Origin: Octopus vulgaris
Lineage: Eukaryota
DNA: 64,000 nucleotides
Direction: 5' to 3'
NCBI GenBank assembly: GCA_951406725.2
Contig: OX597815.1
Location: forward strand, 89,032,001-89,096,000
Shown here: positions 14,345-28,000 of the stretch, in pieces
How the letters are laid out: each line of letters opens with the position of its first letter
Numbering within the stretch: position 1 is the stretch's first letter
Notes under the pieces: generated by a model
What the model saw: only the letters and a program-made list of their open reading frames with translations
Database searches by the model: none
Told to the model about the DNA's origin: nothing
Position numbers and translations under genes: made by a program

Positions 14345-15531
14345 CACCTATCTGAAAAAGTCTGAGGACTGCATGTTAAAACTTGTCTCAAAACATGAAA
14401 ACAAGAAAGCATCATACTCAGTAACAAAACAGGCAAAGGAATATCTAAGTGAATTCCGAATACAACAAATTTCGCAATTAGAGATAGACATACAAGAAAC
14501 AAGCACAAAAAACGCTAAGCGCATGAAAACCCGTGCTAAAACTGCGACTTTAGATATTCTGAAAGATAAATGGCAAGAAAAACCTCTCTATGGCAAATAC
14601 CCAAAGAGAGCGAATAATGCAGATGTTGACAAAACCCTGACCCATCAATGACTAATGGCCTCTGGCTTAAAATCTGAAACAGAGGGGTTTATCATAGCAG
14701 CTCAAGATCAATGATTACCAACAAGAAACTACCAGGCCAACATATTAAAGAACGTCAGTAGCCCAACATGTCGTGTATGTCAACAACAAAATGAAACCAT
14801 TGATCATGTTGTCTCCAAGTGCAGTCTTCTATCGCCTACAGAGTATCTCAACAGGCATGATAGAGCTGCACAATATATTCACTGGCTAATTTGCTAAAAT
14901 CTGGATTTGCCCCATGTTAAAAACTGGTGGGAACACAAACCACCTCCAGTGCTTGAAAATGACCACATCTCACTCCTCTGGAACTTCACCATTCAAACTG
15001 GCAGAAAGATAGATGTAAATAGGCCAGAATTCATATTGAAAGACTTCAGACAAAGAACATGCCTCCTCATTGATATGACTGCCCCAATCGATATAAACGT
15101 ATCTGTAAAGACCTACAAAAAACTGAGCAAATATAAAGATCTTGAAATAGAAATTAGCAAAATGTGGAACCTGAAGACTAAAACAATACCTGTTGCCATA
15201 GGTGCCCTGGGAATGATAGCGAAAGGGGCTGATTGCTACCTAACTCAGATACCAGGAAACCCCAAAATGGCAGAAATTCAAAAGATAGTGCTCATGGGAA
15301 CTGCTCATATCCTACGCAAAATACTTTCTATGTAATCTCAAGGTTTAAAACAAACAATTTTATTTTTATTTTTTTTTTTATTAGACATTCACTAGTACAA
15401 CACCAAAAAACCCCCAAATATATGGCACACTAGGCATAACAACAACGTGAACTTTCCAACCTGTTGTCTCTTGAGGTCTCTGGGTGAGACTTGGAGCCAA
15501 CTTGTACAAATATAAAGCAAAAGTCAAACAG
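14345..15531 (+). mobile_element. Dong/R4 LINE, 5'-truncated (family A): CCHC, RLE endonuclease, 3' UTR
   Basis: GLKSETEGFIIAAQDQ, CRVC...ETIDHVVSKC, RHD, NRPE..LID..K..KY; premature stops; ends in (AAT)n. Confidence 0.9.
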
Positions 15532-15540
15532 AATAATAAT

Positions 15541-15866
15541 CATCTTCATGACATTTTCTAAAATGACGTAGGTATAGAATTTGGGTTAGAAATATGCGCT
15601 ATATGAAAAATGAAACGTGGAAGATTTGAAAGAAGCCAGGGAATTGAAATGCCAAATGGGCAAGCAATGAAAGTGGTTGAAAAAGGACAGTGGTATAAGT
15701 ATTTGGGAATACTGGAAGAAGACAACATTTAAAAAAAACGAAGAAATGAAACAAATAATCAGTAGCGAGTACACAAGGAGAGTAAGAAAATTATTGCAGT
15801 CAAAGCTGAATTCTAAAAATCTTATTGAACCAATAAATTCAAGAGCAGTACCCTCAATCAGGAAAT
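15541..15866 (+). mobile_element. Dong/R4 RT-domain fragment
   Basis: EFGLE.CA, YKYLGILE, EYTRRVRKLLQSKLNSKN..INSRAVP; homologous to the 785-aa ORF. Confidence 0.8.
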
Positions 15867-16009
15867 GATGAAGATCCACTTTGGCAAAATTTGAACTCAG
15901 AACCTGGAGACGGACAAAATGCCACAAAACATTTTGCCCGACGTGCTAAAGACTCTGTCGGCTAGCCGTCTTTACAAAAATAGTGATAATAAATATGTGG
16001 ATTAAAGTA

Positions 16010-16195
16010 ATTGGCGGCATCACAAGGTTACTATAATCACACATTGGCAAACCTGTAAGATATGGATTGAAGACACGGAAAAATGGTTTGCCCATAAAGC
16101 GCCCTTGAAAATGACCATGTAATGTACTTTGGGATAGGAAACTTCAAGCAGATAGGCAAATAGAATATTCACACCTAGATTATTCTTGCATTCAG
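16010..16195 (+). mobile_element. Highly degenerate Dong/R4 RLE fragment
   Basis: RHHKV..HWQ.CK..EKWFAHK...LEND...WD..Q.DRQIE, read across frameshifts. Confidence 0.55.
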
Positions 16196-16214
16196 TAACG
16201 AGGAAAGAGTAACG

Positions 16215-17089
16215 AGTAAAAGCACTGTACAAGAAATTGAAAACGAATGAAACTGAAAATAGGTGGGTAAAGAAAAGAATGCATGGACAATTTCATAGGG
16301 ATGTTGAAGATAAGATAGAGAAAAAAGAAGGCTGTGGGTGACTAAAAGTGATTTAAAACCGGAAAGGGAGGCTCTAATCTGTGCTGCCCAAGAGAAAGCA
16401 CTAAGAACGAACTATATAAAATACAGAATAGACAACATATCAGAAAGTGATAAGTGCAGAATCTGTGGAGAAAATGGTGAAACCGCATGGCATATTATCA
16501 GCCAATGTACGCCACTAGCCCAGAAGAGACACCACGACAATATAACCAGGCTTGTCCATTGGACACTTTGCAACAAGTATGAACTTGACAGAGTAAAAAG
16601 TTGGTACGACCACAAACCCGAAGGCATCGTCGAAAATAAAAATGCAAAGATCCTATGGGATTTTATGATCCAGTGCGACAATGAGATAGAGAATAGGAAG
16701 CCAGACAAAGTCTTAATTGAGACAGAAAAGAAACTACGCTGGATCCTTGATATAGCATGCCCAGCTGACAACAAATATGCGATAGAGAAGAAAGAAAATC
16801 GAGAGATATGACAGATTAGCTTGGGAAGATAAGCAGTTGTGATCGATGAAAAAGGTAGCAGTAGTACCAATAATTGTCCGAGCCCTGGGAACAGTTAGCA
16901 AAAGTCTCAAGAAGTATGTGGAACAAATAGAGGCTGCAGTAAGGGTGGAGCACTTGCGGAGAACAGCACTCATTCGAATCGCCCGAATCCTCCGGAAGGT
17001 GCTCTTAAAATAAAAGGTGATACTTTAGTTCACTGGTAGTGAACAGCTGACACTGCGTACATCTCCAGCGTTAGAAGCTGTGCAAAGGC
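16215..17089 (+). mobile_element. Dong/R4 LINE 3' part (family B)
   Basis: ORF 16338-16811: CRICGENGETAWHIISQC, RKPD, LDIACPAD; ends in (AAT)n at 17090. Confidence 0.9.
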
Positions 17090-17099
17090 AATAATAATA

Positions 17100-17182
<83 letters not shown>

Positions 17183-17188
17183 AAGAAA

Positions 17189-19756
17189 GCAAAAAGTTCA
17201 ACTCCAACCCCAAAAAGTTCTACCAAGAACTGGGCAAAAACTAAAATAGAAGTCACTGCAGCATCAACGGCAGAAGAATTGGAAGAATTCTGGAGAGAAA
17301 TATGGTCGGCGAACGAACCACCAAAAAAAGGAGTATCAAAATAACAAACTCGGCATCTGAACAACTTTGGACCCCCATAACAACTGAAGAGGTCACCCAG
17401 GCACTGCAAAGACTAAGCAACTGGAAGGCACCTGGGCATGACAAGATCCCCAACTTCTGGTTGAAATATCTAACAGGAATGCACAAAAAGCTGGCTGAAA
17501 ACTTTAACAACGTACTAGCAGAGCCAGAGACAATGCCTGAATGGCTCACGAAGGGGAAAACCATCTTAATTCCCAAATCAAATGAAACAGAAAAACCAGA
17601 AAACTACAGACCAATAACCTGCCTCCCTACTATGTTCAAGGCATTTACTGCAGTGATATCACAAAGGCTGAACAAGCACCTGGACGAAAACAAACTGTTC
17701 CCAGAAGAGCAGAAAGGATGCCGCAAAGGCTCATATGGCTGTAAAGATCAACTAATGATAAATAAAGCCATAACTGAAGACAGCCACAGAAAGAAGAAAG
17801 GCCTCAGTATGGCCTGGATTGACTACAAAAAGGCGTTTGATAGCATCCCCCACACATGGATCCTCGAAACACTAGCCATTAACAAAGTAGCACCAACAAT
17901 CATAAAATTCATAGAGCACTCTATGAATAAATGGCAAACAGTCCTACACCTCCAAACAAAAGAGGGACTCATGAAAACCAAAGACATCCCCATTAGAAGA
18001 GGAATATTCCAGGGAGACACGCTCTCTCCACTCCTTTTCTGCTTGGCACTGTCACCTCTATCTGATATGCTAAATAGAACTGGATGCGGATATAAATGTT
18101 ACGGCAAAACGATCAGCCACCTTTTATATATGGATGACCTAAAACTATACGCTGCAAATGACAAACAGCTGGAAACACTATTAAAGACAGTTCATGGATT
18201 TACCAAAGAAATAGATATGAAATTTGGATTAGAAAAATGCGCCAAAGTAACCATGAAAAGAGGAAAACTAGTTAAGAGTAACAACATCACACTAGATAAA
18301 ACCAATGAAATAAAAGAATTAGACCAAAGCCAAACTTACAAATACTTAGGAATCCATGAACTAGATAAGACACAACACACACAAATGAAGGAGAAAATAA
18401 AAAAAGAATATTATAGACGAGTTAGATCAATACTAAAAACAGAGCTCAATGCTAAAAACAAGATAATAGGTATCAACACTTTAGCTGTCCCAGTTATAAG
18501 TTACAGCTACAATATCCTTAACTGGACACGAAATGAACTGTCCAAAATAGATAGAAAAACAAGAAAAATACTGACAGGATCTAGGATGCATCACCCAAAA
18601 TCTGACATAGAAAGACTATATATACAACGTATAGAAGGTGGTAGAGGCCTTATACAGCTGGAAAACTACTATAAAATAACCACCATAGGACTGCAAAAAT
18701 ACCTACTTCAGAAGGAAGGAAAACTGATCCAGATAGCAGCAAAACACGAGCAAAACAAAAAACTGTTCTCAGTATTTAAGGAAGCTGACAAATACAAACA
18801 AGAAATCATACCACCTAATAAACACGAAGAAGATGATGAAGAAACAACAAAAGCTATAAAACAAATGAAATCCAAACTAAAAATAGAACAGCAACGAACC
18901 ATGATAAAACGATGGCAAGAAAAGCCTCTTCATGGTAAATACTGCACTAAACTAAACGCAAAAGAAATAGACAAAGAAAAATCCCAGCAATGGTTGAGAA
19001 GCTCAGGACTCAAAGCAGAAACAGAGGGATTTTTAATTGCAGCACAAGACGAAAGCCTCCCCACCAGAAATTACCAAAAACATGTAATGAAAAGAATATG
19101 TGGAGATGGACAAGAAACAATAAATCATATTATCTCTAGCTGCCCAGTCCTGGCTAAGAAGGAATATATTCACAGACATGACAGAGTTGGAACCTACATA
19201 CATTGGAAGCTATGCCAACATTATGGAATAACAACAGAAAAAAGATGGTATAGGCACACACCAGAAAAGGTCACAGAAAACGAGAAAGCAACAATACTCT
19301 GGGATATGCCGATACACTCAGACAGAGAAATTAAGGCCAACAGACCAGATATAGTTGTCAGAGACCATGAAGAAAAAAAATGCTTTGTAATTGATGTATC
19401 AATACCGGCTGATGACAACGTGTCTCTAAAAGAAATGAAGAAACTCTCAAAATACAAAGACCTGGAAATAGAGGTAACTAGAATGTGGAATCTGAAAACA
19501 GAAACAATTCCTATCATAGTAGGTGCATTAGACATGATAAAAAAATATTCAGACAAATACATAACAAAAACACCAGGACTTACAAACACATATAACATAC
19601 AGAAAATTGCACTACTAGGCACTGCACACATCCTACGCAGAACACTTTCCATACAATAACCATCAGAGCATCACAACAAATCACAGCACATACCCAAGGC
19701 ATACAGAGCTGCGCTCGGTAGTGAAGTGAAAGCACGCTATAAAAATAAAACTACTG
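17189..19756 (+). mobile_element. Dong/R4 LINE (family C), 5'-truncated, little decayed
   Basis: Long open RT-RLE frame; flanked by (TAA)n(GAA)n upstream and (AAT)n downstream. Confidence 0.95.
17302..19659 (+). CDS. R4/Dong reverse transcriptase-RLE endonuclease ORF (785 aa, N-terminally truncated, damaged zinc knuckle)
   Basis: NWKAPGHD, NYRPITCL, WIDYKKAFDS, GIFQGDTLSP, YMDD, KYLG, RHD, RPDIV..IDVSIP..K..KY. Confidence 0.9.
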   Translation: MVGERTTKKRSIKITNSASEQLWTPITTEEVTQALQRLSNWKAPGHDKIPNFWLKYLTGMHKKLAENFNNVLAEPETMPEWLTKGKTILIPKSNETEKPENYRPITCLPTMFKAFTAVISQRLNKHLDENKLFPEEQKGCRKGSYGCKDQLMINKAITEDSHRKKKGLSMAWIDYKKAFDSIPHTWILETLAINKVAPTIIKFIEHSMNKWQTVLHLQTKEGLMKTKDIPIRRGIFQGDTLSPLLFCLALSPLSDMLNRTGCGYKCYGKTISHLLYMDDLKLYAANDKQLETLLKTVHGFTKEIDMKFGLEKCAKVTMKRGKLVKSNNITLDKTNEIKELDQSQTYKYLGIHELDKTQHTQMKEKIKKEYYRRVRSILKTELNAKNKIIGINTLAVPVISYSYNILNWTRNELSKIDRKTRKILTGSRMHHPKSDIERLYIQRIEGGRGLIQLENYYKITTIGLQKYLLQKEGKLIQIAAKHEQNKKLFSVFKEADKYKQEIIPPNKHEEDDEETTKAIKQMKSKLKIEQQRTMIKRWQEKPLHGKYCTKLNAKEIDKEKSQQWLRSSGLKAETEGFLIAAQDESLPTRNYQKHVMKRICGDGQETINHIISSCPVLAKKEYIHRHDRVGTYIHWKLCQHYGITTEKRWYRHTPEKVTENEKATILWDMPIHSDREIKANRPDIVVRDHEEKKCFVIDVSIPADDNVSLKEMKKLSKYKDLEIEVTRMWNLKTETIPIIVGALDMIKKYSDKYITKTPGLTNTYNIQKIALLGTAHILRRTLSIQ

Positions 19757-19786
19757 AATAATAATAATAATAATAATTATAATAAT

Positions 19787-20325
19787 TGCCCTGAAGCAGT
19801 ACCAGGCAGTGGCTCTCATGGCTTCTGATCTTAACTGATTGGAAGTGTTATCATGTACATTGTTTTGTCTTGGTATAAAATATTCTGCTCAATACCACAG
19901 ATTTGCTTGTCAGTTGTTTGACCTTAACCAGTTGAGCATGTCCCTTAGTGGCTGACGATATGTGCATCTCTGATCACGCGCAGAAGTAGTGGGGGAGCAT
20001 CATAGCCATGTGTTGAGAGGGATTCTTTGGGGTTTGAATAATTCACCTCTGGAAACATGGGTGGTTCTTTCAACATCCTTAAACAACCCTTATTCAGGGA
20101 CCTTTTGAGCGGGATGGGCTACTCAACCTGAAGAAATTTCTAACTGGGCCCTACCTGCAAGGTCATGTGCTGTTTATCTTGATATAAGATCACCATGTCG
20201 CGCACATATGGTTGTGATGCATGTGCCTGGTGTACCCTTATCAGACGGGTAGTCATGATGGGTATATTGGGCTTCATATATTTTACCCCAGTGTCACTTT
20301 GATGGCATGAACTGCTCTTTCACTC
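19787..20325 (+). mobile_element. ~540-bp (TAA)-tailed non-coding interspersed repeat, copy 1
   Basis: Colinear with 46017-46574; sits between TAA arrays. Confidence 0.8.
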
Positions 20326-20349
20326 AATAATAATAATAATAATAATAAT

Positions 20350-20563
20350 CCTTTCTACTAAAAGCACAAGGCAGGAAACTTTTGGGGTGGGGACTAGTCG
20401 ATCACATCGACCCCTGTGTTTCACTAGTACTCAATTTATCGACCCCGAAAGGAGGAAAAGGAAAGTTGGCCTCGGTGGAATTTGAACTCAGAACGCAAAG
20501 GCGGACGGAATGCTGCTAACAATTTTTCACGGCGTGCTAACGATTCTGCCAGCTCACCGCCTT
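20350..20563 (-). mobile_element. tRNA-derived SINE (octopus OK/OR-like; family assignment is inference)
   Basis: Reverse strand starts GGCGGTGAGCTGGCAGAATCGTTAGCACGCCG, has B-box-like GAGTTCAAATTCC and an (ATT)n tail. Confidence 0.85.
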
Positions 20564-20578
20564 AATAATAAAAATAAA

Positions 20579-20646
<68 letters not shown>

Positions 20647-20673
20647 TGATGATGATGATGATGATGATGATAA

Positions 20674-20980
20674 TAGCTATTGAATTACAGCGATAATGGA
20701 AAGTGGGGTAAAATGTATCCCATTAGTTATAGGTGCATTGGGGACAATCTCTAAATATCTGAACAGATGGATAGAGGAAATAGGCTTAACACGCATTTTA
20801 GTACAACTCCGGAAAACAGTGTTATGAGAGACAGTTAGAATACTTGGGAGGAGTTCTTGGCATCTAAGGTTACTTGCTGTAACCCAATAGGAGGATTCTT
20901 GGCAACTAAGGCTACATGCTGTAGCCTGATATTAGGATACTTTTCTTTTCTAACAGTCTAATCTGCTGAATGCATATGAA
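20674..20980 (+). mobile_element. Dong/R4 extreme 3' fragment (family D)
   Basis: IPLVIGALGTISKYLNRWIEEIG...LRKTVL; (AAT)n tail. Confidence 0.8.
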
Positions 20981-20994
20981 AATAATAATAATAA

Positions 20995-21170
20995 TCCTTT
21001 CTACTGGAGGCAGAAGGCCTTCAAATTTGGTGGGAGGGAACTAGTCGACTACATTGACCCCCAGGGTTCCACTGGTACTTATTGTATCGACCCCGAAAAG
21101 ATGAAAAGCAAAGTCAAGCTCGGCGGAATTTGAACTCAGAACGCTAAGCATTTTGCCCGGCGTGCTAACG
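20995..21170 (-). mobile_element. tRNA-derived SINE
   Basis: Same family as 20350-20563. Confidence 0.85.
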
Positions 21171-22208
21171 CATTTATGATTAATAACCATAAGTAATAAT
21201 AAAATATATAAAAAATACACTAAGAATAGATATGAAAAAATATGAACTCAGATTCAATTTGAAAAAAATATATAGAGATATATATATATCGAAAAATAAC
21301 GCAGTTTAACGCACCAAAGAAACACGCTCAGTGAAAAATAATGACGTTGTGATAGAAATAGTAGTAATAATGAACATAGGCTGCGGAAATGCAATAAAAC
21401 CAACAACACATTCACAACTTTTGCCAGACGAAAATAACACAGCTTTTTTTTTATATATATATATTAGTATACCGCTGGATATATCAAACGTTTGGAGCAG
21501 AGCTTCTTTGAAGGGATTGTGCTTATTTATAAGGGTAAGTATTAGGGAGGAAGATTAGGGAGAAAAGAAATGAAATAATTTATTGATGAGAGAAACGATA
21601 AGAAAAGGGAAGCAAAGAAAAAGAAGTGAAAGTGACAGGAAGAAAAAAAATGAGTGCAAAATGTAGTAAATGTTCAGAGCTGGAACTGAAGTAAAGAATC
21701 TGATAAAAACAAAAATAAAAATTGAAGAGAATCCAAAATTATCAGTAAATCCAAGAAAAAATGGAGATGTAAGATGGAGGTTAGCGCTGATCAGAATTAA
21801 AATCGAGATAGGAAATAAATAAAAACGAGAGAAAATAAATAATTAAGGATTTAGTGCAAGTAGCAAACAGATATTTATAGAATAAAAATAAAACAAAAGC
21901 GATTGAAATTTGAAAGGAAAGAAAACAATATTGGCTGCACAGAGATCGAGTGACGTAGAGGTTTTGGGAAATGAAGGCAAGCAAAAGTTCATAACAGCTG
22001 TGGTAGGAGACATCAACCCAAACATTGAAGAAAAGTGAAATATCATAAGAAGGCTGGCAAAATGAAAAGAATAAAATGATGGAGTGGCAAAGCTCAAATG
22101 AAGGTCAGCAAATAATATATAACACAAAAAGGAGAAAGTGCAGAAAATTTTCATTAGTAGCAAAAGCTGGTAGCGGAAAACATACAAACACAAATACAAA
22201 GATAAACG

Positions 22209-22690
<482 letters not shown>

Positions 22691-24379
22691 ATTCACACTA
22701 ACATATATGCATTTTTACTACTAACACTACATTGTTGCAAGTATAATTATTTGCTTCAGTATCTATGTGATTACTTTTCCAGAGAAAGATATATTATTGC
22801 ATTGAATTTCCCTGTAAACTGAAAATAATTCAGTTATAATTAACCAGGTTCTGACATAAAGGCGATAGAAGAAATATACGCAAATTCACATAACGTGCAC
22901 GCATTTATCTGTATATATCATAGTGCGCAAGGCAACAATCCATTTACAGTTCGTTCTTTACCTGTCACTGCTTTCCATGGAACAATATATTTATCTTTGA
23001 TATGGAGGCTCAGAAGTGACGTCGCCTTTCTTTGAATTTAATCTAATGTGTTTGATATATTACAGAAAGAATATAAAGGACAATTATCGATTTTCATTGA
23101 AGGCTTTGAAAAATTACTTAAAACTGTAATTATTTTTCTGTTTTTCCTCCAGTTTTCTTTTAATCAGCTAATTTTGATGTCAACCCCACCACAGTGAAAA
23201 GTTATCAAATTGATTTTTATATTTCATCCTAATTTATATTTTCATTTCTAGTTCTGTTGTCTTCACATCGGAGAATACAGCTGGACTCGGCGTTAAGACA
23301 TAAGGAATACTTTTTTAATTCATTTTGCACAATTTAAATCCTTATGAAACGAAACGGATCTTGAAGTCGATCAATCATTGAATGGTAAAGTAAAATAAAA
23401 TGTGATTCTTCTTTAACTTCTTTCTTTTCTACCTTAGTCATTTTTGAGAAAACTCCAAGGAAGAGTTTGCCAATTAATTTTGTAGCTGAAACTAGGAAAT
23501 GAAAATTATTTTGGGATTTATTTACACATCTAAATACACATTTTAAGTAGAATTGTTCTTCGGGAGAAGATTTTCCTTTTTTCTGGATCTATTTAAAAGA
23601 CCATTCAAATACTATTAATTCAATCCTCCTGTCAGTATAGTGTTACAAGGAATTTTGCAAAAGGGAAGAAGTTGGATGCTGTTCAATAATATTTAAGGTC
23701 TGTTTAATAAGTGCTGGAGAGAAAATGGGGAAGAAAAAGACAGAGGGGGAAGAAGAGAAAAAGACAAAGCAGGCTGGTGATAGAATAAAGAGCAGAAGAG
23801 AAGGATAGAAAGGGCGCGGTAGAGATGTGAGACACAAAACAGAGAGAAAGAGAAGCGAGAGAAAAGAAGAGATGGAGAAACGCAAGACAAAGGGTGAACA
23901 AAAGTCAGACAACGATAAGTGAACACTAAGTTACAGTTCAATACTCGGCTGAAGCTTACGCAATTAATATCCTCTGGGAGGCACCATATGCAATTCCTCA
24001 TTTAGCTTTTTCCATAGTCAAAAACCAAGAATCTGTTAATCTTCTGGACAGAAAAACACTGACGTAGATAAACAGTTAAGTTTCGCTTAAGTGTAAACTA
24101 CATTCTTTGACAATGCATTAAATGCCCAAATTCCAATATTCAAATATCCTAGAATATAGGAATTTTATACTTAGAAACAAATAATATATAAATTTGGGCA
24201 GTGTAATGTTCAATCTTATGTAGATGTAATTCTGTGTTCTTGTATCTATGTAACAGATATCGGACAAATATTTCTAGTAGGAGAATGTTATTAAGAAATC
24301 TAACACAGTGGAAGATTGATATGAACAAAAATAGAACGTAACAAAGACGTTGACACACACAAAAAACATCACATGCATA

Positions 24380-25000
<621 letters not shown>

Positions 25001-28000
25001 TTCAGGCTGAGTAAAAGTAACGTTTTGAAACATGAAACTCATCACAATATATTTCAACAATGCGGAAATTTTATTCATCAAACTAAGTACCATTACAATC
25101 AACACATTTTTGCCAACGAGTACAAGTTTGTTTATTCCAGTAACAGGAAAACTGTTCTGGAGCTCATGAACTCTTTGAACGCAATTTCAGCATCGGTTTT
25201 GGTTTTTGGTGCTTGAAATAGTGGTAGTCTGGGGAATAAGCTGGGTGAGGAAGAACTTCGTAGTCAAGTCCCCTCAACTTCTGGAGCATCATTAGTGAAA
25301 CGTGTGGTCGAGCATTGTCGTGAAAAGTGATTGACCCTCTTTTGTTGACCAGTCTGGGACGGTGAGGAGCAGCTTTTCGTTCAATTTGGCAATTTCATGG
25401 CAATATGTTTCTGCAGGAATGGTTTTCCAGGTTTTAAGAAGATATAGTGGATGAGTCCAGGAGTACACCACCAAAGAGTCACCATAACCTTCTTTTTGAA
25501 GAGATCGAGTTGAGGGAAGGTTTATGGTGCTTTATTTTGGTCCAGTCACTGCGAACAACGTTTTTTATTATTGTACAGAATCCACTTTTCATCGTAAGTC
25601 ACCATAAGGTCGAGAAATTGATCGGTCAGGTTACGGAGAAGAAGCGATGAGCAAATTTCACATTTTCTGATTTTCATTCAAATCGTGTGGTACCCATTTG
25701 TCAAGCTTCTTTGATTTTCCGATCGCATGCAAATAGTTGCAGGCAGTTTTCTGGCTAACTTGAAGTTCTTTTGCTAGTTCTCGAGTGGTTTTACGTGGAT
25801 CTTTCAAAATGACGTTTTTTAACTGACCGTCATTGATGAAAGATGTGCGTCCACTACACTCACCAACTTGAAGGCTCAGGTCTCCACTGCGAAATCGTTT
25901 AAACCTTTTTCGAGCTGATCACGCACTGGCCATTTCCTCGCCAAAAATTGCTTGAATATCGCGCTTTGACAGTTCCATTTCAGATGATTGTAACAACTAT
26001 TTCTTTATTGCTCACAGGGGAACAAACATAGAGGGGACGATACAAATGAGGGATGGGTCGATAAAAACCAATGATTAAAAAAACTTATATAAATCGGAGG
26101 ACAACAAACAATAAGACATACTATGAAATGGGGGACGGGTTTAGCTTCGACCCCGCAAGCACCGAGTCACGACTGTAACTTTTTTGTATAACCTTATTGA
26201 AAAACTATGTGTGTTCATTCATTCTCACCAAACTCGCTAGAGCCTTCCATCTTTTTCCATATACATCAGGTGACGTGTATTTTCTCTCCACCCTTATTTT
26301 CCTCTTAAGGTGGTAAATGAGGCAATTAACCAGTCTAAGGTTGGAAATGAAGATGCCTATAATGATTCCTTTCACGCGGACCTTCCATACCACTTCTTTC
26401 GCTATAGCGACCATAGCGAGAAAACAAGGCTTGCCTTTATTAAAAGAGAGAGGCGGAACAATCTTTACAATCGGCTCGGAAGATAGCTGTAATCTTCCCT
26501 ACCGTGACAGCAGGTGTTCAACGTAAACCCACATTTCAGAAATTTGGGGGCATTGCACAATCGCGTGCAGAACGGTTTCCCTGTCCTGATCGCATCTTGG
26601 GCACATGGGTGAACAAGGAGTACCATGCCTTGTGACTTTATCGCGAACTGGTAAGGCTCCTCAGTAACACTGCCAGGCCGGCTAGTTGATTATCATCGAA
26701 GCCGAGAGTCTCCCCTAGGATGTCGTCGCACTGAGCCTCTACCAAGCCTCTATAGAAAGCCGAGGTGGACCACCTGCCGCTGGCGTTGCCCGTGTGTCAG
26801 AGAAGGCACGACGGTTAGGTGGTAGGTAATCACAGAAGCGATAAACACTCCTGTGACCTCCACCCTTCCTTTCAGTGATAGCCGCCGCTCCGACCAGGTC
26901 TGAGTTCATCCTGGTTCATCCTGCTCGTCACCTCGCTCCAATTCTTCTCTATCTGGAGGTCTGGGCCAAACGATACCCCGAGCATTTTAACCGGCCCATC
27001 CGCCCAACGCCCTACGACATTTTTAGGAGGTATCGTCTTGCCTCTCCAAGTGCCGAGTTGCAAGCCGACTGACTTATCCCGGTTAACTTTTGCTCATGTC
27101 ACCGTCTCATAGTTCTTAATGGCTTTGCCTACATTCTGTATGTGTACCATCTCGGACACGATGATAGTGATGTCATCTGCATACGCCGACACCTTCTAAC
27201 TGCAACCTAGACCGCGTGGAACGCACTTCAAGCCCTCCAGTTTCCGCAGTAAGGGCTCTACAGCTAACACATTCAGAAGTGGGGAGAGAAGACACCCTGG
27301 ACGAACAGAGCGCTTGATGTTGAACAGCTTCGAGAAGACCCCGTTCACCAGAACGATCGAGTCGATGTTACTGTTTAGAGCAATGGTCCACCCGTGGAAG
27401 ACTGGCCCGAGCCCGAATACTGCGAGGACCGACACCAGATACCGATGGTCAACCCTATCGAAAGCTTTGGACTGGTCTAAATGGAACAGAGCCTCACCCT
27501 TGCCAGGAGACCCATTAATCCTCTCTAAGGTGTAACGTAGAAGATGGAGATTATCGTGTATGGATCTGCCAGGAACGGCACAAGTTTGTGCCTCCCCGAC
27601 GATCCACTAACGACACGCGCCAACTTTTTTGCCAAAATCTTCAACTCTGTGTTAAGCAGAGTGATGGGCCTGAAATTATCTATATTATCCCCTTTGTTTG
27701 GGACCTTTCTAAGCAACGTCACCATTCTCTGGATTACAGATCTGGGTATAAACCCATTCTGTTTCCAGTTGGTGAAGACGCATGCCAGTAGGTACCTGAA
27801 CAAATCTAGCATACTGCTATTAAGCTCGTAGGTGAGACCATCTAGTCCAGGCGACTTGTCCCTGCCACAGTCCGACAAAACCTCCTGCACCTCTGCAGCT
27901 GTGATCGCCCCGTCACAGCACTCCACCTCCCGTCCCGAGAGACGCAGCACACCAGAAAGGAAGTCCGTGAGGTCCCTCCTCTATTCCAGCCCTCCCGAAA

